A DNA stretch of 64,000 nt, taken from Rhizophagus irregularis (lineage: Eukaryota). The number at the start of each line of letters is the position of its first letter. The stretch's first letter is position 1. The notes under the pieces are model-generated. The model did not search any database. It worked only from the letters and a program-made list of their open reading frames with translations, and was not told the origin of the DNA. Position numbers and translations under genes: made by a program. Below are positions 10,998-24,851 of the stretch, one piece after another. The stretch is from the NCBI RefSeq assembly GCF_026210795.1, contig NC_089435.1, forward strand, positions 1,612,001 through 1,676,000, written 5' to 3'.

Positions 10998-13206
10998 GAT
11001 CTGCGTTTAGAAATTCCTTTAAAAATAAATACATTATGTAATGATAAAATTTGCCGTTCATGTGATTTAAATAAAAGGAAGTAATTGCATTTTCTTACAA
11101 AAATGAATATATAAAATACATTAAATTATTATTTAACGTATTTATAAAAAAAATTACTGTTAGTTTATAATTTTTTTTGTTACAGTCTTATATATATAAT
11201 TCGTTAACAACGAATATATAAATTCTAATATTATTTTGCGTTATTTTCTCAACAATTAGTGATCAAGATTAAATTAATTTTTTATTCTATAATATATAAA
11301 AAAATTTGACATCATTTAAATTAATAATCATTAAAAATAAATTTATAATGACGATTTCTATTTGTTTTTAAAACATGGGTTTCCAAAAAAGAAAATTTTC
11401 TATGCTGATCATTTAATGTTGGGCTGAATTAAATTTAACGGGAAAACAGAAGAAAACCAAATCTGTTAAACAAGTCAAAATTGACACTAAAAACAAATTT
11501 CGACGCTTTAAGTAAAATTGCAGAACAGAAAAAATACTCACACCATACTATGTTCCTTTTAAATTATTTTTTATTAAAATTTTTTTTTATATAATTTTTT
11601 TCTATAAAGTCACGTAATACGAGTATGAACAATGAATAAATTAAGAAATTTTCATTTACATAAATTAAGTATAACAAATTTTTGGGAACCGGTCACATTT
11701 TATATAAAAAAAAATAACGAAATCTTCTTACGCTAAAAACTTAAAAGAATATAGCTTAACATACTGAAAAGCATAAAGGAGGAAAAGAAAAAAAAATTGA
11801 TTGATAGATGTTCAGAAAATTATAAAAAATTGTTGCTTTCAATACTGTTTGTTTACTTGTGGGTATAATTTTCGAATTTATAATAATTATTTATTTAAGA
11901 AAATCAGTGCTTACCATAGTACCACAGAATCATGCTAAACCTAATCTGAACTAAGGGGAAAAAGAAATAATGTTAAAAATAAAAAAAACTGACACTTACT
12001 GTGAAACGAAGGAATATAAAGAAGATGGTCAATAAAAAAAAAAGAAACACATACATATTGTAAACAGTATCAAACTATATTTATAACTGTACAAAATTAA
12101 TTCAACGTTTAAAATGAAAACCGGTAAAATATATATACTATTAAACTTAACACTTTATTTCCTCCATAACTTTTTTATTGCTTTTATTACTTTTCTATTA
12201 ATCTTTATGTTTTTTTTTTTGAATTTATTAAAATGAATAGAATAAAGCAAAAAATAAAGTTTTTATTTCTGGTTTAAATTCACCCATGAAATATACCGTT
12301 CTAAGATATCATTTCTATAAAATAAATTAATTTGTCAAGAGGTAAGATAGTAAAATAAGTATGCCCGCGATATTTTTTAATTCATATTCAAAATACCTTT
12401 CCAAAAAAAGAAAAATGGTCAGACTTTGTTAAAGAAAGAAACTCCCAAAGAAAATCCCACTTACAAAGCGTACATCTGCATTTATAGTATAAAGTCGGTG
12501 GCTGCTTCGGGTTTATGTCAGGTAAGCGTATGGGCAATATACGTCGTAATCGTCGTATGTCAATAAATAAGGTCACGTGAGTTTGTCGAGAATCAGTCAG
12601 AATCACGTTGGTATGTTTATAAAAAACAACACGGAGTGGCTGAATTGTTGCAGATAATTAATCCACAACATAGTTTAGCGTGGTCTAGTTATCTCTATTA
12701 TATTATATGTGAGACTAGACTTATTTTTTTGTTTTTGTATATTTTGGTTCAAGTTTAATTTAATTGTTAATTAAACTTAATGAAGCTGTACATGTAAAGT
12801 ACACAAAAAGGTATTTTACAGCATATTTTTTTTTAAAGAGGGTTGATACATTTATTGATACGAAGCGAAGGCATTGTTAGTAATAGGTTTTAATAAAGAA
12901 GTTTCAAGAATTAACACAAATAGTGTCACGCTGATCATCTGATCATTTTAAAAAATTTCATAATTTCTAGATTTTTATTTTAAGCCCGATCCGGTCAGTG
13001 TTGAGTTTTCAAAAGGTAATGTGTGAATTATTTTCATTAGGCGGGCATATAATAGTAAAGGTGTCACTGTCTCACAGATCTCCATGCACATGTTCAAAGG
13101 GCTTTTTCATTTTTATAAATTTTTACGTAATATTTGTTACACAAAGAGCGTCCATATTGAGTATAAATAATGAAATTTATTCCCTTTTTTTTTTAAAAAA
13201 AAAAAT

Positions 13207-14590
13207 ATGTTGTATCTTAACAAAGACGTACTTTTTTTTATATTTGAAGAATTAAAAAATGATAAAAAGTCTCTTTATTCATGCATTTTAGTTAATAGAA
13301 CTTGGTGTGAAGTAGCGATACCGATGTTATGGAAAAATCCCATGCAAAATACATTATCTAAGAAAGCAGAAAGCAATTTATTTGATGTAATATTTTCACA
13401 TTTATCAGAAGAATCAAGAAATATTTTAAAAAATCGAGGAATTAATAACCTTATTATAGAAACAAATCAACGACCTTTATTTAATTATATTAATTTTTGG
13501 AAAGAATTGAATTTAAGTTTTTACAAATAATTAAATTTAATTCTTTTAGAAAGAGCAGATGTTTCAGAATTTATCGGAGAATCAAATTTACATATTATAG
13601 GAAATGAGATATTAAAAATATTTATTAATAAAAATACAAATTTTATTCAACTTTCAATTACACATGGTTTTGATTATATAAGCTACATCTTATTCCAGGG
13701 GCTGAATGTTGCTTATCAGAACTTGAATCCTTATCATTTGATTGTCATTATTATAAACCCGGTAAAAATGTTATAAATGGATTGGCTAGAATATGTAAAT
13801 CGATTAAAAAATTAAGATTAATTTATACAGTTGTACCGATAATTCTGGGGTCATTGAAGTACAAAAAAATCTAAATGATGTTGGATTCACTTATCGTTCA
13901 TGTGAAAGAAACTACAATGAATCATTTCACAAATCTCTTGAAGAAACTTTGTTTAAACATATAAATACTATAAAGTATTTAAGATTGGAAACCCATTACA
14001 AATATTTTTTCATTACCTTGTAAATTTATTAGGTTTAGAAATTGATAGTTCCATTATAAATTGGGATGATGAAAATTTATCATTCCCTACTTTAAAAATT
14101 TTAAAGGATTTCCATCTAAAATTTTAGCAAAATTAATTGAGAGCACAGAAGGAAATCTTTCCGAGATTAGTATTGATAGTGTAATTTATTAAAACTGTTC
14201 AAATCTTAGATATCTTAAATTATCAATTAATTGTATTGATTTATTCATTTCGGAAATTGAAAATTTATTAATTAATTGTAAATTATTAAATGAATTTATT
14301 TTTGAAATGTTGAATTTGTAGATTTATTTATTTGGGATGAATTGTTATTATATTAGCTAAGTCAGCACCAATTAAATTTAAGTTTATTCCATGATGTTTG
14401 ACTCAAAAGATTTTAAATTATTTTTGACAATTGGAAACCTATATTGTTAGAAATAGGTCTCAATGGTCCCTATGTTGACTCGTCGAAAAAGAGGCAACAA
14501 TCGGTAAATTTATTAGATTTATTCGAAAATTATAAAATAAAGGGGATTATACTCCAGAAGAAACTTTTATAAAATTTGAATGGAATAAAA
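13207..14590 (+). pseudogene. F-box/LRR (RNI-like) paralogue, frameshifted
   Basis: MLYLNKDVLFFIFEELKNDKKSLYSCILVNRTWCEVAIPMLWKNP...RPLFNYINFW, then stops and frameshifts with recognisable HLIPGAECCLSELESL, GLARICKSIKK, IEVQKNLN and a terminal FEWN. Confidence 0.85.
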
Positions 14591-14764
14591 AAAATCTCTA
14601 TGTATAAAATAATAATTTGTTGTAACAATTATATAAAACTTTATTTTTATTCATGTTTTTTATAAAGAATATATGTTAAAATTGAGACATAAAAAGTTTA
14701 ATTTTAAAGTATAAAGATCATAATTTTAATAGAAAAATTAATCCAATGAAAATTTGTTTTTTTT

Positions 14765-17675
14765 TATTTATTTATTTATTTTATGTGAAGACGGACAGAC
14801 TATTAACAGGACATAAACATAACCGTGCTATCCTACTTCTAGCTATCATCCCCCCGAAGACGGACCTGAACTTCTTTAAATCCAACGAACCGGAATGATC
14901 CCCTCCCCTACCAGAAAGGAACCAATGAACCGAAAGAAAAAAAATGAAAAAGGACATTGACTAAATATTAAGAAGTTGTGGCAATCTACACATTATAAAT
15001 AGCAAAATTAAAAGGACTATTATTAGTAATTACATTATTGAAAGAAAAAACTTCATCTAAATGTGAAAAGAAAGAACCACTATGTAAAAAATTCGATGAC
15101 GAAAATAAAATAAATAAAAATCTTTATCCAATTTAAAATTACGAAAGTCATTAAAAGGATTAATATATCCACGTTCCATGTCTCTATTATTGTCGATAAC
15201 TACCGGCCTATTAAAGGCAGCTGCGATTCTTTGATTGCGCGAGAATATATCCCGATATTTTGTAAAAGACTTTTTTGTGATTCCCCAGACGTCTCTTAAA
15301 GCTTTCCATTTCTGGTTGCGAGCTTTCCAAATATGAATTTTGATGAGGATACTACATTGGTGCATATAAGGCATAATTAATTTAACAATGTGTTTCATAG
15401 TATTAATATGTGCTCGAAAAATCCCTAATAAATCATTGGAAATATATGATTTAAGAAGTAAAAAAGCCGTAGGATGAATGGGTTCAGAACGATACGCCCA
15501 TCTGAAAGTAGGAGAGTATTTGATTGAATCAGAAATTACTAGAGATAGTCTGTCAGCATGAGATTTCAACAGGTTAATTAAAATGTCTCCCATTTGGATA
15601 AAAGAGGATTTGATAAGTTCATAATTATCTGAACATTCCCATAAATGAATATTTGTTTCAACGTGGTTTTGACATGATAGGCATTGTGTACGATCTTTAA
15701 TGAGTAGAGGGAAATTCCTATTCAATATATCCAAGGTTGGTAACGTGAGCGTTGAACATCTGATTTTCCATTTTAAATCTTTAGTGTGTAATGGTGATGT
15801 AGTATCATTACGGCCATTATAATTAAACCATTTGCTGGATAATGCCCAATTAATCAGAAGATTTTTGGTGTCGTTCTTAATTGATTCCAAAGAAGCGTGA
15901 TTGAGGTGATTATCTAAACGCCGATAATTTAGTATAGTACCGACACATTTACGAACATCCTTATCCAGGGGTATTTTGTTGTTCCAGTTTAAAGTGATAG
16001 TTTGGTTGGGTAAATGATCGTGTATGATCGTCGTAGGTATAGGTTGGGTGCGGCCTAATTTGGCTTGAATATCCGCAATGTCATTAAACTGGTGACCCGA
16101 ATGGGCTTTGACCTTCAAAAGTTTCACTTTCAATGATAAAGATTTTATGATGAAATGGATTGATGACCAAAGTATGTTGTTGTTAATTTTGTTGAAGCGT
16201 CTCGGCGATATAGTGTGTAAATTTTTTGATTTGTGAAACGAATCAATTGCTGCTTGTGAATCAGTATGAATGATAATTTTACCAAACTCTGGGCATACGA
16301 CCAACGCCGTTAAAATAGCCATAGTTTCCGCCTTGGTTGACGAAGGAAAGAATTGTAAAGATCCATTATAGGTGATGTTACCGTTGAATAAATTGGAAGT
16401 GGTCCAACCATAGCCCATAGGGAAACCTGCTTGGGAATTAGTGGAATCATAAGAACCATCAGTAAAAAATTCTAAATCAACGAAGGGCGCGAGCGTAGTA
16501 GCTATATCTTGTAAGTCTTCTGATATTTTAAGATCATCAAATAGTTTCGTAATTAGATCCATGTTGCGTAAAGTATTCGGAACATTAGAATTATCTTGAA
16601 TAGGAGGATTAATGGGTCAAAAATTCACAGTAGAGTTATAACCTCTCTGAATTAAATGATCATTAAAGGCCATAAGGCGGTAATTAGGATGACTATATTT
16701 AAGTAATTGAAAATCTTTAATCGGAACATTAGGACGAGGAAAGAGGTCTTCTTTTTTCTTTTTGGGTAATGCTTCAAGAAGAATCAAATCTTTATGCTTT
16801 ACTTGAATAATGCATTTTGGTCTCATGTCTCCGACATAATAAGAGAAATGTTGAGCACAACCTTGACAACGAATCAAAATATTGGGAGTTGAACGAGGTG
16901 AAGTGTGGAGTGAAGACGCCGATATATCTTTATGAACCCAGTGTTCCATATATGATACTGGACAACAATTAGGAAAGTTGTTGGTACTAAGAAGTTTTCC
17001 ATAAACAATATCTGAAAGATGCGGTATCCAAGATGTTACCCATTGTTGAGATCTTTTCGGGTGATGTAAGGTGTTACCATCGACCGGAGGGGTGGGAGGA
17101 CGTGGTGCCATAGGATTTTGAATGATCGGTTTATCTAGGTCGAAGAGTAGTCTTCCTTGATTGTTGATGGTAATATTTTCTTTTAGAAAAGTATACCAAC
17201 GGGGTATCTTGCCTCCTTTGTACTGGAGATTTTTCTTTATAGTATTATAGTCTTCCAGGAACGCATTATCTTTCATTATGATGTGGTCTAAGAACATGAT
17301 TCCTTTGTTTTTAAGGCTGTTCAAATGGGCAAAAAGAAATTTTTTGTCAATGACGAAATGTGCTACCGGATAAGAACCTCCTTTCGTAACAAATTTAAAA
17401 TTAGTTGATAAAGAAAGATTATAAAATTTAAAAAAAGTAAGTAAAGATTCTATTCTAGAAAAACAATTTAACGGTTTATCAAATAAATCAAAAAAATTAA
17501 TAAGAGAATCAGGTAAAAAAAATTTTTGTTGACATAATAAAAAAAGAAATTTTAAAGTATTAGAAGTATGTGGATTGTTTGCTTGTGCGACCAGTAAAGA
17601 AGATTGAACTTTTAATTGATGATCAAAAAAATTAATTATATGGGGATAAATGTTACTATGTAAAACCGAATTAAA
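14765..17675 (-). mobile_element. 5'-truncated non-LTR retrotransposon (LINE) with RNase H and C-terminal Cys/His motif
   Basis: (TAAA)n/poly-A tail at ~14765-14783 on the minus strand; 16-bp TSD AAAATTTGTTTTTTTT at 14749-14764 and 17676-17691. RNase H motifs FFTDGS, STKAETMAI, HTDSQ, KVKAHSG, NDIAD; also CLSC...ETNIHLWEC. Confidence 0.85.
15057..17660 (-). pseudogene. LINE ORF2 C-terminal portion (post-RT region, RNase H, zinc motif)
   Basis: Track ORFs 17324-16617 and 16562-15057 are in the same frame, separated by one TGA (16619-16617). The frame stays open upstream of 17324. A probable frameshift lies near 15110. Confidence 0.8.
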
Positions 17676-18246
17676 AAAATTTGTTTTTTTTACGAATTAA
17701 TCACAAGCACAAGCACATAATCGTTATTGTCATGTGTTATTCTATCATGGCAGATTTTGTAAATATTTGTTTAACATACTGGGCTGTTTAAGGGTTTATT
17801 GTTGTACTTCGTCACATGTTAGGCGTAAAGACGGACATTTTTGCGTTATCTTTGCCAAGATATAGTCCTTTGACTAATAAATCATCGGAATAATTTGTTT
17901 TAATATATTATAAATTTTTGTATTCACAATTCTTTATAAATTATTTTCAGATATTAAGCTAATACGATATCAATCCGTAAAATTAACAAATTCTTTCCCA
18001 AATTTCCAAATTCTCTTTTGGTTAGTAATAATCAACATTCGTAAAGTTTGGAGAATTTGAATAAAATCTGGTCAAGATTATTGTGTTTCCACTGTGTATT
18101 TTTACTAGTCTTTTTGATAATTTTGTGGAATCATTGCAACATAAAATAACGTTTAAGTCGTTTTCTTTTTCTTTATTATCTTTTTGTAGTTTTTTACATA
18201 CGAATTAAATAACAAATTTATTATTTTTTTTTTTGATAAATTTGAA

Positions 18247-19470
18247 ATGGAAAAAATTAAACATGTATTTTAGCAAATCAAAGATTTTAGTCGTTATCAT
18301 TTGACTAAAGAACAAAAATCGTTAGTTGATAAAGATAAACTAAGTGATGATGTATTTGATCAAATAAAAGAGTTTGATCATCACTTTTTGACTAAAGAAC
18401 AAGAATCGTTAATTGATAATCTAATAACAGACAAAGAATTAAAAGAACGGTATAAAGAAAATGGTTTATACAAAAAATGTAACCATCTGAGAAGAAATTT
18501 TTAAATTATTTTTATTGCAATTATTGACTTTTTCAAAAATTGGACTAATGGAAATCATGACGTTAGTAATGAGTATAAAATCATAGAGTAGATTGAATAT
18601 AATAAATTTGAAGATGTTGAATATTTAGCAAAAAGGATTTTTGAAGCAGTTTGGAGAGATGATCCTTGGGTACTAATAGATTATAAAATAATTCGATTGA
18701 AAAGAAAGGTGAAACGAAAGTTGCCTTAAAAAAAAAAATGTTTACATGACTCACAAGGCATTACAACAGAATTTTTAAAAGAAGTAAGATATTTCTTACA
18801 TATTTAGTATTATTGACCATTATAAATGTTAACTAACTACAATCTAAGGTTGAAATCAAATAGTTTAGTATATCATTCTGGTTATACAATTCGTTGTTTT
18901 GGATTTACCAAAGATCCAAAACAAATGATTTATAATGGTGATGGACTTAAAAAAAAGATAGTTTAAGACAACATTTAAATGACAACTTCATTTCAATGAA
19001 TTGGAAGAAAAACTTGTTTACTTTACATAGTATTGCATATGATCCTAATGATATTCATAATAAAAGATTAATTCATCAAGATTTTCATTGTGGGAATATA
19101 CTGTATTAAGCAATAATATCCATCAGGCTTATATTACCGACTTGGGATTATGTCAACCGGCAAATGACAAATCCTCTCAAAATAATAATAAAAAATTATA
19201 TGGAGTATTACCTTATGTAGCTCCAGAAGTTTTAAGAGGAAAAGAATATACTCAAGCAAGTGATATTTATGGATTTGGGATAATTGCATATGAAACTTGT
19301 ACAGTACGGGATTGCTTCCTTATTATAATATATCTAAATTTGTAAGGGTTGAGGTCAAAGTCTAATTATAAAATTCCTCAATTAATTTTTGACATTATTA
19401 ATAAATGTTGGGATGCAGACCCTTTAAAACGACCTAATGCTAGTAATAAATTATGTGAGTTAATTAATTA
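18247..19470 (+). pseudogene. Decayed TKL-type protein kinase gene
   Basis: Fragments DDVFDQIKEFDHHFLTKEQESLIDNLI, IHQDFHCGNIL, ITDLGLC, YGVLPYVAPEVLRGKEYTQASDIYGFG, CWDADPLKRP, with many stops and frameshifts. Confidence 0.85.
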
Positions 19471-19540
19471 TTTTTATTTTAATATATAATAAATTGCATT
19501 GGATAGTATAGCACGCACTATAGAATATACATATTTGCAT

Positions 19541-21010
19541 TTAATGAAAACATCTTTTCTTAATCCAAATAGATTCCTCTGAATCATTACTACACCAATC
19601 AATTTCCCAATCAATTTTTTTGACTATTCCTCTTGCTTCATAATATTCAATTAGTTCATATAATCGTTTAACTTCCTGTTCATCTTCTAGACAATAATTT
19701 ACTGGCCAAATTTGTAATAACATAGTATGTCTACCTTTCCAATTAGCAAGAAATGACCTTAATAATTTATATCTAGCCCCAAACTTTCGGTTAAGAGTAA
19801 ATCCAAACTTAATCAAACTACTTGGTGATGATTTATTTAATATTTTAAATAAATTCTTATATTGGAGACCTCCTTCACTCCTAATAACTAACCCAATTAA
19901 ATGTTGACAATTAATCAATAAACTTTCAAATTCAATAAGAACATAATCTTTAATTGGAAAGCTTAAATATTTAATATTTGGACAATTTTGACACATTGCT
20001 TGGAAAAATCTTCTAACATCTTCAAACTCACAATAAATATCATTAAAATGAATATCAATTACAGTAAGTTGTACATTTGCACTTTCAATTAATCTTGTCA
20101 ACATCATAAATGACACTTGATTAGTTTTTAGGATTTTTAAAGCAGGTAAAGACATTTTCTCTGATTGATTTAAATTTAGAATAGTATTGTTTGGATTTGG
20201 AGGCCCAAAAGATTCAATTATTTCTAAACTTTTTAAATTTACAAAATGTGAAAGAAATTTTAAATCAACATCAAAATTCCAATCATAACATAAATATAAA
20301 TTTTGGATAGTGATCGCTTTTTTAATTAGTACTTCTTCAATAGATTGCCAGGTTTCATAAATACGACATCCACTAATACGGACACTATCTAGATTTTTTT
20401 GAACTTCAATTAATCTAATGGTTCCAGAAATATTACAACCAATAACATCACAATTGAATATTTTAATCGATTTGCTTACTGTAGCTAATTCTTTTAGAAT
20501 ACTTTGATCAATATCATTACAAAAATAAAAGAATTTAAGATTTGAAAAGCATTGTTTATTCCAGTTTACTTGACATTTATAATCATTTGGAAAAATAAGT
20601 GAAATAAAATTTGTATTATTATTAACAAATAACTTAAATAATTCATTTCTCATCATAGATATGTCTGACTTATCAAAATTTCTGGAAATCATTCTGTCTA
20701 GAAGTTGTAGATCTAAATGTCTCCAAAAATAAATATAATTAAATGAAGGTGTCTGATAAATTTCAGTAAAAAGATCGATTCCTTGTTTCATCAAATTATC
20801 TCTAGATTCTTCTGAAAAATGCGAAAGTATTACATTAAATATTATATTTTCTGCCTTTTTAGTTAAAATAGCTTGTCCAGGAATTTTCCATAATAACGGT
20901 ACTATTGCTTCACACCAAGATCTGTTGACTAAAAGACAAGAATAAAGTGATATTCTGTCATTTTGAAAATTTTCTGAGATCATTAAAAGTAAATCTCTGT
21001 TGAGTTTCAT
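19541..21010 (-). CDS. F-box/LRR (RNI-like) protein, 489 aa
   Basis: Intact ORF; SLYSCLLVNRSWCEAIVPLLW, FNYIYFWRHLD, CQNCPNIKYL, NWKGR. Confidence 0.85.
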   Translation of the reverse strand: MKLNRDLLLMISENFQNDRISLYSCLLVNRSWCEAIVPLLWKIPGQAILTKKAENIIFNVILSHFSEESRDNLMKQGIDLFTEIYQTPSFNYIYFWRHLDLQLLDRMISRNFDKSDISMMRNELFKLFVNNNTNFISLIFPNDYKCQVNWNKQCFSNLKFFYFCNDIDQSILKELATVSKSIKIFNCDVIGCNISGTIRLIEVQKNLDSVRISGCRIYETWQSIEEVLIKKAITIQNLYLCYDWNFDVDLKFLSHFVNLKSLEIIESFGPPNPNNTILNLNQSEKMSLPALKILKTNQVSFMMLTRLIESANVQLTVIDIHFNDIYCEFEDVRRFFQAMCQNCPNIKYLSFPIKDYVLIEFESLLINCQHLIGLVIRSEGGLQYKNLFKILNKSSPSSLIKFGFTLNRKFGARYKLLRSFLANWKGRHTMLLQIWPVNYCLEDEQEVKRLYELIEYYEARGIVKKIDWEIDWCSNDSEESIWIKKRCFH

Positions 21011-21289
21011 AATTATTTTTTAAATAAGTGTAAGTAGTAAGCGCAATTTTATATTGTAACTTGGGATTTTCTAGACGAAGATCAGGATGATATATATGCG
21101 TATTTTTTAACTTATATGAAGATTGACAATAATAATTGGAATGTATTGTATTGTAACTGATTATTAATAGATAATCTTTTATGCTCATAATTAAATTGAT
21201 GATTGATACCATTTCTAGTTAATTTGAGGCTGATATTTAAATTAAACCCGTTTGGCTGACTCTTGCTTCATATGATCTACTCTGTAAAG

Positions 21290-21375
21290 GATATTGTACG
21301 GTGTTGTATTTATATTGGTTAACCGTTAACGTCACTTCGTGACGTTAACCAATTTAAATATCACCGTACAATATC
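21290..21375. repeat. 86-bp imperfect palindrome (mini-MITE-like)
   Basis: GATATTGTACGGTG...CACCGTACAATATC with a perfect inner hairpin GTTAACGTCAC-TTC-GTGACGTTAAC (21325-21349). Confidence 0.75.
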
Positions 21376-22914
21376 TATATTATCGTACGGTTAATGCAGA
21401 TCATGCTCAAATAAACTAAACCAGCATGATCCTATAGGGACGTGCGATAAGTCATGTTTATGATATTAAATATAAGAGATATACTTTTTTGATATTTATA
21501 AAAAAGCAAAGTAAAGATATAAAAGAAAAATTATTTTCCACTAATTTCTTTATTTATTTTTTTTTTCTCACGTTTATTTTAATACTTCTTTCTCATATTA
21601 TAAATTTTTTATTCTAAAACTTTTTTTTCAATATGAGAGTATGTCTTTTTTTAAAATTTATAAATAAGTAAACTTTAAGTATTTTTATGAATCATTTTTT
21701 ATAATTTAGTAGTTAGTATTTGTTAAATTTTATTAGTTAGATAATTGTAATAGTAAAGTTAAAGAACTGGAAGCACTCCATCATGGCCACTTTTTGTGAT
21801 AGCTTCCGGTCTGATAATCAGACTTGGAGTACGAAGGACAACCCTATATATATCAACTGGTTGTCGAACTGTGAATGTTGTTCTTATGATTTTACTTTAC
21901 TACTACTTACACTTTTACATGCTTATTCCTATTAGTACTTTTATAGATATTAAAGCGAACCAGAAGAAATTCTTGGCCATAGCGTGCAAATATTTATAAT
22001 ATTTCTAATATTGTCATATTGTGAATGACCTTTATTTTATTTTCTTTTTTAATTAAAATTTGTAAAAAATCTTATATGGATATGATACTGTATAAACATT
22101 TTCTCTTTCTAATTTCATGACTCTAAAATGAACTAATATGCTTCTTCTAAATTATTAATTTGTGATTTATATTAGAAAATTATGCAGGTTTCTAAATAAA
22201 AAAATGTAAATGTATTTGCATTAACTAGGAAAATTTCTTTTTCAATTGAATTATAAAGAATAAATTTTACTAATGATTACAGTTGTTATTATATTGCAAA
22301 TTAGTTTCTTTTCTTTCTTTTTCCGAGTGTTTTTTAAAAATTTATCTATTTAAAACTGGAATGCAGTGATATATATATATTTCTAACTATGTAATTACCA
22401 TTTTTAAATTATATAATTATTAATCCATGAATTTATATTAATTACTATTATTTATTTTTTCTTTTACAAAAAAAAAAAATTATCTTGAATATTATGTTAA
22501 ATTTTTATCTGACCAGACTATAAGTTTTTGCACATTCTTTGTATCGAAGTACTCTAGTGAGGTTCTTTTAAACTGCTGATCACAGTATAGGAGATACTCG
22601 CCATAATTAATTTTTAATGCCCCCAAAAAAAGCTCTGTAATACAAATTTCAGAGGGCCCGAATGACGAGAGACTGACAGGTCATATGACCGACACGCTTG
22701 ACCAGAAAAAAGCTGAATCATATAATTATATGTTTAGAAAAAAAAATCACTATGTTAACTTGCCTAATTTTTCATTTTATACACTTATTAAGATGCAGAT
22801 ACTATAAAGTAGAACAATGCCTGCCAAGAAATTCACAATATAAAAGTGCATCTACCAGAATCGGTGACTTACTTAGTTATAGATTCTGTTTTATAAATGA
22901 TCTTACAGCTTGTA

Positions 22915-23340
22915 TGGTGGCTGTCACCTATAAACCACACTAATATTAAGTGACTTCAAATTTTTATAAATTGTAAATTGAATAGTAAAAAGAAAAAACT
23001 AAACCGATAAAATGATATAGCAACATGTACTGAACATTTCTATCGGATTATTTTATAGAATTTAATAAGAATTTTAATTAATATTATGGGTTAAAGTTGG
23101 ATAATTTTAATAAGTAGCAATAATAAAAATATAAAATTCGGACTAGTTTTCATGTAATTTTTATGGATTTTACAAAAATACCATGGAAATCCACAAGAAT
23201 TCCATGTAATATGGCAAAAAAAAAATTTTGCCGCTCACGCGGCAATTAATATTTTGACAAAGTTAAAACATAAGTTACACAATATAAATAAATAAATTTC
23301 AAAATTTCGGACTATTGTTGTTTATAGGTGACAGCCACCA
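22915..23340. mobile_element. TA-flanked MITE (Tc1/mariner-like)
   Basis: TA|TGGTGGCTGTCACCTATAAAC ... GTTTATAGGTGACAGCCACCA|TA. Confidence 0.8.
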
Positions 23341-23419
23341 TACTATTTATTGTACGAATTTCACTTTGTAATAAATAAATAAACAAACCCTGTATTCAGT
23401 TTAAATTTGCATTAATTTA

Positions 23420-24345
23420 TTTCATTTACACATTTTCGTAATTAGTAAATTACATATCATAATAGAATTCAATAATTGATATCAGAATGTAAATTCGACT
23501 ATTTCTTTTAGATAATTGACAATTTCTTTTAAATTGAATTTTATGGCTACAAAATAGAGTTCAAATATTTCAGGTTTTCATAATCTTCTAAGCAAATATT
23601 CCAGAATACATATAGCTAGTGTGAAATAATGAATAAGCCAAATATTAATTAAATATTACTAAGTTTAACATTTTTTTTTTTGAACTTAAAGTCAAAAAAT
23701 ACTCACTTTAATAAGGTTTTAAAACATTGTGGTGAAACATCTGGTATAGAAATTTCATATTCAACTTTATTAGTTGACAGAACTTCCTGAAAAAAGGAAG
23801 AGCGTACATATAAAATCGTGGAATGCACTTCAAACACTTGTGTATCTGATACTCGAATTTTTAGATCACAACGTTGTTTTTGTTCAAATAGCAAACTTCT
23901 AATTAATATTAATCTAGGTGGAATAACTGGGATAATTATCAATAACTTATTAAATTATTAGTGTTTATCACGTTAGTAATTATCAATATTGTAGTTTATC
24001 AAAATTACTGTGTAGAATAATCATGAATCAATGTTTGGATAAATTGACATTGTGGTTGAATCCGTTGATCTTGTTGTCTTTGGGCCCATTGATATTCTTG
24101 ATTTTGGGCTCGTTGATCTTGCTCTTGTACCTGTGAATAATATAAATTAAATTTGTTAGGATTTTACAAAATATTACTGTATATATAAACTCTTTTAAGT
24201 TAACCTGTGGGGACAAATTAAAAAATTGTGTCACTTCAGCTAGATCCAAGGTACGTGCTAACCTTTCAGCCTTATTTGTAACCATCCCTCCTTCAGAATA
24301 GTAGACCTTATAGACAAACAGAAAAACTTCCAAATAGTGTTTCAC
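23420..24345 (-). pseudogene. BTB/POZ-domain gene, multi-exon, apparently disrupted
   Basis: CDLKIRVSDTQVFEVHSTILYVRSSFFQEVL...ISIPDVSPQCFKTLLK, intron (GTGAGT at ~23706), then YMYSG followed by stops. Exon-like segment upstream at ~24205-24340. Confidence 0.6.
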
Positions 24346-24769
24346 ATATTAAGTAAAGATCTCTACTTGCCTTTAATACTTAGAAAAATTTTTAGAGTAA
24401 TTTCTTTGATGTAAATATATAAACTTATCCAGAAAAAAAATAATATATAAAAAGAAAAAATTATTCGAGAGTTTGATGATTATTTTAAAAGAAAAAATTG
24501 TTTGAAGAGTTTGAAGAAAATTTTTAGGGGGATAGTTTATCGAATATGAGGTCATAGTGAAGAGCTTAACGTGTAGTTGTTATTACTTGACGCGTAATTA
24601 CTTTAAAAACGCGAAAAGTTTATAAATAACAGTAAAGATAATTCTAAGCCACAATTACACATGATCAGAGTTTCTTGAATTGTATTACCTAATAATAAAA
24701 AATGTGTTTGTGTGCCAGGTTTTTTCGATCTTAATGTGATGTTTACCTGTCACTGATCACCTTGATGTA

Positions 24770-24851
24770 CAGTGAGGGTACGATATTAACGTACAAACTG
24801 GCCGGAATTAACGTTAACGCTATCACATGCTTTAAAATAGTACACCCACTG
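24770..24851. mobile_element. Internally deleted copy of a ~120-bp MITE family
   Basis: CAGTGAGGGTACGATATTAACGTACAAACTGGCC...GTACACCCACTG; reverse orientation relative to the copy at 43900. Confidence 0.7.
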
